In this document: positions 1-7,736 of the stretch, piece by piece | Position numbering within the stretch: position 1 is the first letter of the stretch | Layout of the letters: every line of letters begins with the position of its first letter | Source of the DNA: a virus | DNA length: 49,813 nt | Strand: one strand, 5' to 3' | IMG/VR virus record: IMGVR_UViG_3300037245_003366 | Span: 1-49,813 of that record | Notes under the pieces: generated by a model | The model's database searches: none | What the model was told of the DNA's origin: nothing | Seen by the model: only the letters and a program-made list of their open reading frames with translations | Made by a program: the position numbers and the translations under genes

Positions 1-127
1 TCTACTTGATTCTCCATAAGAAAAAGCCTCCCTTGTAAAATCACAGGCTCAAGACCGGTTCTTATTCGGAAATTCTTCTCTACATTTGTCGGTTGATATA
101 CGGGTATCATCTTTACTGTCCCGAGTT
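1..127. repeat. Terminal direct repeat, copy 1; identical to 49687..49813 (circular-closure overlap)
   Basis: Read base by base: window positions 1..127 equal 49687..49813. The repeat lies inside a coding sequence that reads through the junction. Confidence 0.95.
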
Positions 128-419
128 TAAGTTTAGCAGCTTCCCGGACAAGGTTGCCGAATAAAACCTGCATCCCATTTGCTTCTATCCCAAAAAGCCT
201 CGGAGAGTATATCTCCTGTGTTTCGATTATTTTATCTTTAAAATCGCTCGCTGTCAAGTGTCCGGCCCATATGAAGGGGAAGAACCACCTGTCATACCAG
301 TCTCGAGCCCCGAGGACTATTGCTTGACGTGCGCGGCGTTTCTTGCCTTTTGCGTCCTTTCCTGCCGCAGGATCGGCAAAGGCATATCGCTCAAGGGAGG
401 TTAGAGGGAGTTCTTCCAT
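1..419 (-). CDS. terL: Large terminase, RNaseH-like nuclease fragment (5' part; continues over the circular junction into 49464..49686)
   Basis: Minus-strand translation from ATG 419..417 gives MEELPLTSLERYAFADPAAGKDAKGKKRRARQAIVLGARDWYDRWFFPFIWAGH...LFGIEANGMQV...KMIPVYQP. The ..FADPA.. and ..GIEANG.. strands are typical of the terminase nuclease domain. The whole ORF is 642 nt (213 aa) across the junction. The SD motif is weak. Confidence 0.8.
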   Translation of the reverse strand, partial: MEELPLTSLERYAFADPAAGKDAKGKKRRARQAIVLGARDWYDRWFFPFIWAGHLTASDFKDKIIETQEIYSPRLFGIEANGMQVLFGNLVREAAKLKLGTVKMIPVYQPTNVEKNFRIRTGLEPVILQGRLFLMENQV

Positions 420-425
420 CTCAGA

Positions 426-554
426 TTAACCAAAAAGCGCATCAAGTGCTTTCATGGCATGATCGTCCCATTTCTTACTTGGATCATCTATTTTCTTTTT
501 AATCCAACCTCTTAGGAATGATTTGTATAAAAATTTCAAAAATAGTTTTTTCAT
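426..554 (-). CDS. Hypothetical 42-aa protein in the gap between the terminase halves
   Basis: ATG 554 is preceded by AAAGGA. Product MKKLFLKFLYKSFLRGWIKKKIDDPSKKWDDHAMKALDALFG. Too short for the supplied ORF track. Confidence 0.35.
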   Translation of the reverse strand: MKKLFLKFLYKSFLRGWIKKKIDDPSKKWDDHAMKALDALFG

Positions 555-555
555 T

Positions 556-720
556 TTATTTTCCTTTCTTCTCAAATACAATATCTCTTACACCTGTTAT
601 TAAATTCGTTCCCTGCGCGTACCATTTGTAATCAAATTTTTCGATACACTTTTTAAGGGCTTCATCCAATTTTGTATTTAACTCCCCGTTATACATAACT
701 TTCAATGTACCATCTTCCAT
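556..720 (-). CDS. Hypothetical 54-aa protein in the gap between the terminase halves
   Basis: ATG 720 is preceded by GAAGGAG. Product MEDGTLKVMYNGELNTKLDEALKKCIEKFDYKWYAQGTNLITGVRDIVFEKKGK. Confidence 0.4.
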   Translation of the reverse strand: MEDGTLKVMYNGELNTKLDEALKKCIEKFDYKWYAQGTNLITGVRDIVFEKKGK

Positions 721-723
721 CTC

Positions 724-912
724 TCAATCTCCTTCCATTTTATCATCACCTTTTACTCGCTCAGAGTCCTTTCGTTTTGGATTTTTGGTGTCTTTTTCTT
801 TCTTTCTTTCATAATATTCCATATCTCTCTCAAAATCAATACAAGGACACCTCTCACCCACCGCTAACTCTAATCTACAATATCCGCATGTGAAGAATGG
901 TTTTATTCTCAT
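724..912 (-). CDS. Small zinc-ribbon-like protein (62 aa) with an acidic/basic tail
   Basis: Cys pairs CGYC...CPC. The start overlaps the terL ATPase stop as ATGA, which suggests translational coupling. Confidence 0.45.
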   Translation of the reverse strand: MRIKPFFTCGYCRLELAVGERCPCIDFERDMEYYERKKEKDTKNPKRKDSERVKGDDKMEGD

Positions 913-2405
913 CCTCTCAACCTCATCCCTCCGCCACTCGCCTCAATCATCCTATTCAACAACGTCTTTGTCAAAAGCTCCCCTCTCTTTGGCTTTATGG
1001 GAGCCGCTTCTCCTGTCCCACTTAATTTCTCCATCCTATCCTTCAAAAAAGCATCCCTTGCATCTCCTTCGAACATGATCTTTCCATCTTCAAGCCAGAA
1101 GGTCCGAACCTGCTCCATGTCAAAATCTGTCAACTCAGGATCACTTGCATTATTCAAATAAAGTAAATAAAACATACTTCCATGCTCTCTCATCAACTGC
1201 TCAATATCCTCCTGCGTATATTTCTCAGGCCATAATATCTTTCCATCACTTACAATTTTCCTGTATTTCTCATCATTTGCTTCAACACTTGGATCTTCAA
1301 GTACATGAGAATAAAGATCAAAAACAGCCCACTTTGTTCCAATAATAAATTCTAAACTCTGCAATCCACTCTCCACTTCATATTTATCCAACAACGCTCG
1401 ACTTGCTTTATGCCACTCAATTGCCTCATCCATCACGACTTCAGAATTCGCCGCCTTAAAAGAAATTAAATCATCTTTTAATAAAACATTCGGCCTGGAA
1501 CCCGTAATTGCCCCTCCTACCCCTACCGCCCGAATTGTCGGATCAGGCCACTCATTTTCTCTCGGAATAATAATACTCTCCGTGGACCATTCCTTTGATT
1601 GTTGCTTCGGCTTATCCCATACTCTCTCAGGCCATAATGCCCGAAATACTTTATTCTCCTCAAATACATTTTTTACAACTCTCAAATTCTTCTTTGCCAT
1701 CTTTTCCGTTTCACCGGCTAACAATATCCTACATTCACTCCCCTCTAATCCTGGAAAATATCGATTTGTCTTTGCCGACTGGATTAAAATATGCCCCGGA
1801 ATTCCTCCCGCGACGATTCCGGTTTTACAATGCTCGCGTGGCATTAACACTAATTTCCTAAAAGGGGGACATTGTTGTAAAAAACGGCAAGTATCTAAAT
1901 GAAAATGATCCGTGAGGAAGAACCTTCCCATAATTCCTTTCAAAAATACAAAAAGACTCTCTTCAGCTCGTCGTCGGTATCTCTGAATAAACTCCCCTTC
2001 TCGGGTATCCGCCCCCGCCTGTCTCGCCTGACCATTCTTCCCCACCACAACTTCCCTATATTCAATCTCTTCATCTCCTTTCTGAATTAAGGAAGGCGGA
2101 GGGATTAACAAGGATTGGATAAGATCCTCTCCCCCTCCGCCAGGGGTGGTGGGTGGTGATTGTGTAAAGTCCGAGTTTTCACCTTCATCTACTCGGACCA
2201 AATGAGGCGCGTCACTTCCTCTTGTAGGAAATATAAATTTCTCTATGGAACCTTCCCGGCCGCCATAGTTATTTACTTGTTGCTTTGGTTCCCCAATTAT
2301 TTCAATTCTTTGCTTCTCTGCCAGTTCCCTCGCCTCATCACTATCATCTACCTCTTTATCTGATAGGTAACTATCGATTTTAGTAAGGGATTTTGGGATC
2401 ATCAC
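909..2405 (-). CDS. terL: Large terminase, ATPase fragment (no nuclease domain)
   Basis: Motifs appear in the expected order: Walker-A position LVLMPREHCKT (deviant from PRGhGK[ST]), ILLAGETEKMA, Walker B NVLLKDDL, coupling motif IIGTKW, then FYLLYLNNA. The ORF ends in TGA, followed by GAA TAA. The first codon is GTG at 2405; ATG at 2402 overlaps the terS stop (TGATG). Confidence 0.85.
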   Translation of the reverse strand: MMIPKSLTKIDSYLSDKEVDDSDEARELAEKQRIEIIGEPKQQVNNYGGREGSIEKFIFPTRGSDAPHLVRVDEGENSDFTQSPPTTPGGGGEDLIQSLLIPPPSLIQKGDEEIEYREVVVGKNGQARQAGADTREGEFIQRYRRRAEESLFVFLKGIMGRFFLTDHFHLDTCRFLQQCPPFRKLVLMPREHCKTGIVAGGIPGHILIQSAKTNRYFPGLEGSECRILLAGETEKMAKKNLRVVKNVFEENKVFRALWPERVWDKPKQQSKEWSTESIIIPRENEWPDPTIRAVGVGGAITGSRPNVLLKDDLISFKAANSEVVMDEAIEWHKASRALLDKYEVESGLQSLEFIIGTKWAVFDLYSHVLEDPSVEANDEKYRKIVSDGKILWPEKYTQEDIEQLMREHGSMFYLLYLNNASDPELTDFDMEQVRTFWLEDGKIMFEGDARDAFLKDRMEKLSGTGEAAPIKPKRGELLTKTLLNRMIEASGGGMRLRG

Positions 2406-3010
2406 ATCTCTCTGACTTTGATCATTTCTGCTTGTGCTACTATCATAGGAATTTCTTTTTCCGTTTTATTATCTGATGGCTCTTCCTTCTCTTCCTCCCA
2501 ATCCTTCCCCTCCACCAACTCCAATATCTCCTTATCCTCTTTAGTACCTTCTTCAAGTAAGGCTTGCTTCATCCCATCCATCGTACTTATGGGTATCGAG
2601 ATCACAATCCCCTGACTCTCCATTTCCCTCCTAGCCTTCGGAGCCTCCGGAGCTCTATCTAAAAACTCCTTACTTGCCTTTAACCTGTCCCCTGCCTTCT
2701 CCCCTCGATTATCCCTAATCTCAATCATAGTCGCCACCGAAGGCCCAATTTGCTCATTAAACAATCCCACCATATCTGTACTATTCTCCACGTACTTCCG
2801 GGCAATTTCCGCATGAAATTCTCCAACTAATTCCCTATATTCTTCCCTTTGCTTGAGCCTCCAGACATATCCACTTTTCATCTCCAATTTACTCTCTATC
2901 TCCGCTGGCCTAAGTCCGTTCGCCTCCAACAGCGCAGCCAATTTTGCCTTATAATCCAGACTCACCGCTGCCGGGATATCATTTATTCCTATTTCGATGT
3001 TGTTATCCAA
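2402..3010 (-). CDS. terS: Putative small terminase subunit (202 aa)
   Basis: It lies directly upstream of terL and overlaps it. The N-terminal part is helix-rich and the tail is acidic. TTG start with AGAGG about 10 nt upstream. The call rests on position only. Confidence 0.5.
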   Translation of the reverse strand: MDNNIEIGINDIPAAVSLDYKAKLAALLEANGLRPAEIESKLEMKSGYVWRLKQREEYRELVGEFHAEIARKYVENSTDMVGLFNEQIGPSVATMIEIRDNRGEKAGDRLKASKEFLDRAPEAPKARREMESQGIVISIPISTMDGMKQALLEEGTKEDKEILELVEGKDWEEEKEEPSDNKTEKEIPMIVAQAEMIKVREM

Positions 3011-3341
3011 TTTTCTGTAACCTCTTTTTTAACATACCTTCCAACAATATCAAATAATTAATATTATCACCTATTTTCTCATCAATCATCTCCGCTGTCA
3101 ACTTCTCAGGACAAGAATCAGCCCACTCTATTAAATCCATCACAGATACTTCATGCTTCAACATCATCCCTTTCAAAGCTTTCTCAGGTGTTGTATTTGC
3201 TATCCTCGCAGCAACATTAAAATTATGAAAACGATCTGAATCTTTAGCATATTCAAATGCTTTAGAAGATAAAATATTTCTAATTTTAATTAATCTTTGA
3301 TTTACAAGCCCATCGAAGAATGAAACGATCTTTATTCCCAT
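3003..3341 (-). CDS. All-alpha NTP-pyrophosphohydrolase-like protein (MazG/DUF1599-like), tentative
   Basis: Pattern ..YAKDSDRFHNFNVAARI..TPEKALKGMMLKHEVSVMDLI...EKIGDNINYLILLEGML resembles phage MazG-like/DUF1599 helical bundles. Not verified by search. Confidence 0.35.
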   Translation of the reverse strand: MGIKIVSFFDGLVNQRLIKIRNILSSKAFEYAKDSDRFHNFNVAARIANTTPEKALKGMMLKHEVSVMDLIEWADSCPEKLTAEMIDEKIGDNINYLILLEGMLKKRLQKIG

Positions 3342-3361
3342 ATCCCTATCCCCTTAAAAAT

Positions 3362-3390
3362 ATTTTAAAAAAAATTTATGAAAATGTCAA
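3362..3390 (-). promoter_or_regulatory. Sigma70-type promoter TTGACA-17 nt-TAAAAT driving the packaging operon
   Basis: Minus strand reads TTGACAttttcataaatttttttTAAAAT, about 20 nt upstream of ATG 3341. A 6-bp hairpin (aggaag/cttcct, 3390..3405) abuts the -35 box. Confidence 0.55.
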
Positions 3391-3403
3391 GGAAGATCAC
3401 TTC

Positions 3404-3583
3404 CTAATCCTTTAACGGTAATAAAGGATTGTATCGATGTATAAGTGTTTCTCCATTGGCGTAAGTAATTTTACAGTCTTCTTTTTTGTCCCTATGCATT
3501 GCTCTATGTCGTGCGATACCAAGATAATGGAAAGTTTTTACGCATGTATAACAAATACAGGTTTTAAATTTTGTTACTTTCAT
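3404..3583 (-). CDS. Small Cys/His-rich protein (59 aa)
   Basis: MKVTKFKTCICYTCVKTFHYLGIARHRAMHRDKKEDC... GGAGG lies 5 nt upstream of ATG 3583. The track start at 3601 is less likely. Confidence 0.5.
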   Translation of the reverse strand: MKVTKFKTCICYTCVKTFHYLGIARHRAMHRDKKEDCKITYANGETLIHRYNPLLPLKD

Positions 3584-3603
3584 ATCACTACCTCCTTCCA
3601 TAC

Positions 3604-3633
3604 AACCTAATCCCCTCCCCCCATGCTTGTCAA
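3604..3633 (-). promoter_or_regulatory. Candidate leftward promoter (TTGACA, 17-18 nt spacer, TAGGTT)
   Basis: Minus strand reads gcTTGACAagcatggggggaggggatTAGGTTgtatggaaGGAGGtagtgatATG. The -10 box is weak. Confidence 0.3.
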
Positions 3634-4423
3634 GCTAAAAATGCAATGCAAGTTCTCTCCAACCTACCGAAAAATTTTTGAGATTTCTCCCTCTCTTACT
3701 CCTATCGCTCTCACTCAGATGCAATGCACGTTGAAAAAATGGCAGGCGTATACAACGTGGTCTTCCATCTATATTACGAAACCGCAAAGGGGGTTGGGGG
3801 TGGTTCGGATATAGAAGAATAGAAGAGTTCTTCTGTTCTTCTAAGTGACTAACCTTGCGTCTTTAGGCATCACTCCATGACATTTGTTAGGATAGGTAGT
3901 TGATATCATTGGATGATGTAGTCTCCGTGTATGTTGTGAGAGTGTGTTACCTTATCATATCAGGTGGTTAGGTACGTGTCTCAAGATACAAGTGTATGAT
4001 ATGATTGAACTATCCTAATCTGGAACAAAACGCTGAGAGTGCATCGTGTTACAGGACTACTATCATTCAATGATATTAGTATGTTATCGTGTCTCAGGTT
4101 AGGATAACTATCTGATATCTATCGACTATCATGTCTCAGCGTATCTATGAGAGTCGTTAGTCTAATCATCCTGGGTAGTTAGAGGGAATGACATTCTATA
4201 ACCTATTGATATTATGACACTATCATGTTAGAGTGCTACGGTGAGACTTGAACGTATAACAATATCACTAAGTTAACTGTCACTTTGCACTCTCACAACA
4301 AATTGAGCTTGCCTTTTTTACTTTGCACTCTCATAACATCTGTGAGAAAGGATAGTGTCATTATATTAGATAGATAGCACTCTCACAACACCCCCAATAC
4401 TGACCTAGCTCCCATGTGTCGAT

Positions 4424-4455
4424 TGTTATCAGGTTTACATTGCATTCTGATAACA
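4424..4455. repeat. Perfect 9-bp inverted repeat TGTTATCAG-N14-CTGATAACA
   Basis: Read directly. GATAAC-type half-sites recur at 4459..4467, about 4082 and about 4818. Confidence 0.8.
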
Positions 4456-4554
4456 TTTCGATAACAGTTAACCTGCTGATATTATTGAATGAAGGTACTC
4501 TCAGCCCCAAGCGTGCATCAATCTGCACATTAACAGTCAACTATCTGTATATAC

Positions 4555-4588
4555 TATATATATATATCTATTATTATTATTATTATTA
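4555..4588. repeat. AT microsatellite (TA)6(TAT)6, followed by a polypyrimidine tract
   Basis: tatatatatatat c tattattattattattat, followed by ctttcgttttctttttttctctactttcctttctc (to about 4630). Candidate DNA-unwinding element. Confidence 0.85.
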
Positions 4589-4627
4589 CTTGTAGTCTTT
4601 CGTTTTCTTTTTTTCTCTACTTTCCTT

Positions 4628-4653
4628 TCTCACAACATCTTTTGTTATGAGAG
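4628..4653. repeat. Imperfect palindrome built from two inverted 14-mer cores
   Basis: TCTCACAACA-tcttt-TGTTATGAGA, with one mismatch between the arms. Confidence 0.7.
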
Positions 4654-5139
4654 TTACTTTACCTTCTCATAACATAGATGGATATTTAAGGAGAGATCGT
4701 CACAAATTCCCACTAACGATCATGGTATAAAAGGAGTTATATTAAATAGTTAAGTGTTATTCTTTGAAGGGATGCGAGTTGTAAGTATTTGATATGATAG
4801 GCTTATTTTCACTAACTTTCGATAACGATTAGGATTTAAAATAGGTGAGGCTCTAAGGTATTGATATTATTGATAGGGATATTTGATGTTTTGAGAGTAT
4901 AGTTATATCAAGGTGTTATTGATAAGGTATGTTGTGAGATGTGATTAGGGTGAAAAACGGGAAAATAAATGACATTCTACGTCACAATTAGGACTATTTT
5001 TGTCATTTGAGGGATTCTTTAAATACGGTGGTTTGTGATAGTTGTGTGATATTAGATAGATATGATATTTGGTGTTTTGGCATGGGTTATGCTATGTAGG
5101 ATAGTAATCAATAACCATTTAATTAAGGAGCTAAAGAAC

Positions 5140-5352
5140 ATGAACCAATTTCAAAAAAACATTATTAAAAGGATGCCTCAATTTTCAATAGAAGATTTTA
5201 TCTATTTTACAGAAGAGGCTGAGAACAAAGTCACTGAACTAAAAATAGATAAAACATGCAAAATCCATAATTATTTTCTTGATTGTACGGATATTAAATA
5301 TCATCAAAAAAGCTACTGTCTTTTAAATTGTGGTTTAAAGTGTAAACAATAA
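5140..5352 (+). CDS. Hypothetical Cys-rich protein (70 aa)
   Basis: AAGGAG lies 9 nt upstream of ATG 5140. The track start at 5062 lacks an SD motif. Confidence 0.5.
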   Translation: MNQFQKNIIKRMPQFSIEDFIYFTEEAENKVTELKIDKTCKIHNYFLDCTDIKYHQKSYCLLNCGLKCKQ

Positions 5353-5376
5353 CCATTTAAATAAGGAGATGAAATT

Positions 5377-5556
5377 ATGATGACTAATGCTGAATTTTCT
5401 CAGAAAGACAATTTGTTTCTTAAGGTTTGCAAAATGGCTGGTATCAAACCAACTATAAGACAAGCCGCAAAGTTTAGAATGGGTAAAGGTGCTGCGTTTA
5501 AGATTGTTGTTTGTTGTCAAAGTGACATTCATATTCCTGAACCTTCTAAAGTTTAA
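5377..5556 (+). CDS. Hypothetical protein (59 aa)
   Basis: MMTNAEFSQKDNLFLKVCKMAGIKPTIRQAAKFRMGKGAAFKIV... AAGGAG is upstream. Below the track size cutoff. Confidence 0.5.
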   Translation: MMTNAEFSQKDNLFLKVCKMAGIKPTIRQAAKFRMGKGAAFKIVVCCQSDIHIPEPSKV

Positions 5557-5568
5557 ATTATTATATTA

Positions 5569-5597
5569 CGAGTCAAGCCACTTCCAGGTTTGACTCG
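5569..5597 (+). other. Perfect 8-bp stem-loop (CGAGTCAA-N13-TTGACTCG) in a 145-bp intergenic gap
   Basis: Read directly. No U-tract follows. Possible RNA processing or attenuation site. Confidence 0.3.
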
Positions 5598-5701
5598 GTA
5601 TATTGGGGACGTGGCAAGTGAAGCGCATGGGGTGAATAAGGTTAGATTGCTGAAGGTTTATGATGGGCTAGAGGCTGAAAACTTATACAAGGAGTAATGA
5701 C

Positions 5702-5950
5702 ATGAAAACCATACAATACGCCATTGACAAAGACACTGGTCTGATTATCTCAAGAGTCGGCAGTGAAGTTGCAATACCCGTACTTGATTTTGAGCATATG
5801 AAACCAGAAAATCACTTTGAAACTGTGTATAACATAGAAAAATTTGGGATATTTGACACGATAGGTATGCGATTGACCTGGACTCGAAAAATACCAACAA
5901 ATTATAAAAATCTACATAGAAAGTTCTGGGATATGAAACCTTTAACATAA
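5702..5950 (+). CDS. Hypothetical protein (82 aa)
   Basis: ORF with AAGGAG upstream. Confidence 0.55.
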   Translation: MKTIQYAIDKDTGLIISRVGSEVAIPVLDFEHMKPENHFETVYNIEKFGIFDTIGMRLTWTRKIPTNYKNLHRKFWDMKPLT

Positions 5951-5963
5951 AAGGATTAATACT

Positions 5964-6254
5964 ATGAAAATATTCAAATCAAACATACTTAATTTCCATG
6001 AATTATCTGAAGAGTGGCAGGAAGAGGCTATAAGCAATTTAGATGAATTTGCACAAGAAGCATCCTATCTTGAACCGGATGAAAGTCATAACCCTGTTGA
6101 ACATGTTTTAATGGATCTCAATGAGGCTTGGAGGGCAGAGGGGGCGCATGAGAACGGGTTTGAATATAATGCTACAATAGGAATATCAAATAATTCTGCG
6201 ATGCTTCTTAATATATCGGAGTGTGGGACGCAGGCAACATATATTTATGTTTAA
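5964..6254 (+). CDS. Hypothetical strongly acidic protein (96 aa)
   Basis: ORF with AAAGGA upstream. Many D/E residues (..SEEWQEEAISNLDEFAQEASYLEPDESHNPVEH..). Confidence 0.55.
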   Translation: MKIFKSNILNFHELSEEWQEEAISNLDEFAQEASYLEPDESHNPVEHVLMDLNEAWRAEGAHENGFEYNATIGISNNSAMLLNISECGTQATYIYV

Positions 6255-6285
6255 CCGATAACCGTATAAATGGAGGTGTGAGAGG

Positions 6286-6525
6286 ATGCAAATAGACAAA
6301 TTTATGGAACGTGAAGGCATCAACACAATGAACAGTATAAACAGTTCTCAGGATGTTGATGAACCTTACTTCAGTCATTCAGGTTGTGAGGTATGTTCAA
6401 CCGGATTAGGTAATAATGTATATGATTGCCATGGATATAACCCAACTACAAAAAAGATACAGGCTGGTTATCGTGTATGCTTTGATTGTTTATATGAATA
6501 TGAGTATGGCGAACGTCCGGAATAG
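6286..6525 (+). CDS. Small Cys-rich (zinc-binding-like) protein (79 aa)
   Basis: ..FSHSGCEVCSTGLGNNVYDCHGY...VCFDCLYEY; SD motif GGAGG. Confidence 0.55.
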   Translation: MQIDKFMEREGINTMNSINSSQDVDEPYFSHSGCEVCSTGLGNNVYDCHGYNPTTKKIQAGYRVCFDCLYEYEYGERPE

Positions 6526-6568
6526 AGGCGCAAGTTAACAGTTAACAATTAAACTATGGAGATACAAA

Positions 6569-6697
6569 ATGATTAAAGAAAGATTTTATGCCAAAAGAAT
6601 GGGTAAAATACCCTGCACAAAAAAATGGGTATGTATAGCAATGTGGCGATGGATGCTTAAAAATCAAATACCTTGCAGAAAACTTTACTCAGAATAG
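6569..6697 (+). CDS. Hypothetical 42-aa protein
   Basis: MIKERFYAKRMGKIPCTKKWVCIAMWRWMLKNQIPCRKLYSE; GGAG is 7 nt upstream. Confidence 0.35.
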   Translation: MIKERFYAKRMGKIPCTKKWVCIAMWRWMLKNQIPCRKLYSE

Positions 6698-6746
6698 CTT
6701 CTTAACGTCCTGGGCATGACATAGAAACTGCCCGGAAGGATTTGAT

Positions 6747-6944
6747 ATGGCAATACATGCTAAATTAGCCAAAAAGGTTTTGACAAAAGCCGAGCAAAAG
6801 CACCTTACAGAGAGTGGGATTAATTCAATGGCTAAGATGAAAAATCAAATTGAATTTATGAAAAAACACAATCCTAAAAACCCAAGCCAAATGTGTTTTG
6901 ATTGTTGGAAAATAGCTCGTAAACTTGAATTAATTAAATTATGA
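6747..6944 (+). CDS. Hypothetical basic protein (65 aa)
   Basis: ORF with GGAAGGA upstream; CFDCW near the C-terminus. Confidence 0.5.
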   Translation: MAIHAKLAKKVLTKAEQKHLTESGINSMAKMKNQIEFMKKHNPKNPSQMCFDCWKIARKLELIKL

Positions 6945-7091
6945 AGGGGAGGGGGGATAGATAGACGTGTGTACTCGTAACAAAATAAAACCAGGTAACA
7001 GGGCTGCAATATGGCGCAAAATAGTATTGCCGGGGTTTGTGGATAGGGAGTTGAGACGACTTAATAAATTAAAGGATAGGAGACGCAAATA

Positions 7092-7499
7092 ATGAAACAA
7101 TCTCTAGAAGATAAAATAACAGCCTTGTGTAATGGCAAATACAATTATCCGGAATATCGCATTGAACAGGCACTTGATATATTACCGGCACTGAAAAAAG
7201 CGGTAGGCGGCAAAAATGGCAAGGTATATGCACAAGTTAACAAGGTTAGTCAATCGGGCATGAGTCGAACAGTTAGCCTGTTTATTGTGCGTAAAGGTGA
7301 AATTGTTAATCTGAATAATACAGTGTATCGTCATGTGTATGGAGACGACCACAAAGATAATAACCAGGGTAGTGATCCAGTACGCGTCAATGGTTGCGGT
7401 ATGGATATGCTGTTTGAATGTACGTATAGGCTGTATAATTTCCTATTTTCCCGAAGTCGGGCATATCAAAAGCATTTAAACAGATACGAGCAACTATAA
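7092..7499 (+). CDS. Hypothetical protein (135 aa)
   Basis: ORF with AGGAG upstream. Motifs SQSGMSRTV and GCGMDMLFE; family not recognised. Confidence 0.6.
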   Translation: MKQSLEDKITALCNGKYNYPEYRIEQALDILPALKKAVGGKNGKVYAQVNKVSQSGMSRTVSLFIVRKGEIVNLNNTVYRHVYGDDHKDNNQGSDPVRVNGCGMDMLFECTYRLYNFLFSRSRAYQKHLNRYEQL

Positions 7500-7517
7500 A
7501 AAAGGAGATATTAAACC

Positions 7518-7733
7518 ATGAAAATCGAAACAATACATGACAGTTTGATGAGCGGGCAAAGGCGACAAATGGTTAAACAGATAGACGAGTACGGGACTTA
7601 TGACTTTTGGTCTGATTATAAAGATTGGTTATTTGAAGCCGGATATTGTGATGATGTACATAAGGGGGTATCAAACTCTTATGAATATTTCACAGACGCA
7701 ACAATCTCATATTTCAGGACTAAGGGGAGGTAA
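7518..7733 (+). CDS. Hypothetical protein (71 aa)
   Basis: ORF with AAAGGAG upstream. Confidence 0.55.
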   Translation: MKIETIHDSLMSGQRRQMVKQIDEYGTYDFWSDYKDWLFEAGYCDDVHKGVSNSYEYFTDATISYFRTKGR

Positions 7734-7736
7734 GGA

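Larger units (their letters stand above)
4201..4870. repeat. Second repeat family (A)CCTnnTGATATTAT
   Basis: acctattgatattat at 4201..4215, acctgctgatattat at 4471..4485, aggtattgatattat at 4856..4870. In addition, the 12-mer AATGACATTCTA occurs at 4187..4198 and 4968..4979. Confidence 0.7.
3932..4940. repeat. Dispersed 14-mer family GCACTCTCA(C/T)AACA, in both orientations
   Basis: Full copies at 4287..4300, 4325..4338 and 4377..4390. Reverse-orientation copies at 3932..3944 (TGTTGTGAGAGTG), 4643..4653 and 4930..4940. Degenerate copies at 4442..4455, 4626..4637 and 4664..4674. A half-site TGAGAGTGC lies at 4034..4042. Positions 4281..4300 and 4319..4338 share 19 of 20 nt (single C/T difference). 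Confidence 0.85.
3602..5139. other. Gene-free, repeat-dense divergent control region (candidate origin and operator hub)
   Basis: 1.5 kb with no SD-preceded ORF. It lies between the first leftward gene (3583) and the first rightward gene (5140). It contains several repeat families, palindromes and an AT microsatellite. Confidence 0.7.

Noticed and set aside
1-127. The terminal repeat as a biological direct terminal repeat, or as attL/attR of an integrated element.
   Set aside because: The repeat lies in the middle of the terL nuclease coding sequence and is exactly 127 nt long. No integrase or flanking host genes are present. An assembly overlap of a circular or permuted genome is more parsimonious.
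3623-3814. 63-aa plus-strand ORF inside the non-coding hub, and a tRNA-like GGTTCGGAT string near 3799.
   Set aside because: The ORF has no SD motif and an odd composition, and it overlaps the predicted leftward promoter region. The T-loop-like string has no complementary stems and no acceptor arm.
3932-4940. Possible CRISPR array formed by the recurring 14-mer.
   Set aside because: The copies occur in both orientations and at irregular spacing (38, 52, about 250 nt). They are only 11-14 nt long and have no uniform spacer structure, so this is not a CRISPR array.
5062-5139. Upstream start of the first early gene (track ORF 5062..5352), and similar long-start options at 7846, 13779, 16921 and 20884.
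   Set aside because: In each case an internal ATG carries a well-spaced AGGAG/GGAGG motif, while the upstream start does not.
5611-5697. GTG-initiated 28-codon ORF in the 145-bp gap after 5556.
   Set aside because: The SD-like G-run directly abuts the start codon with no spacer. The region is better described by the 8-bp hairpin at 5569..5597.
6967-7092. GTG-initiated 41-codon ORF in the 6945..7091 gap.
   Set aside because: It has no convincing SD motif and is very short and basic. The sequence alone cannot support it.
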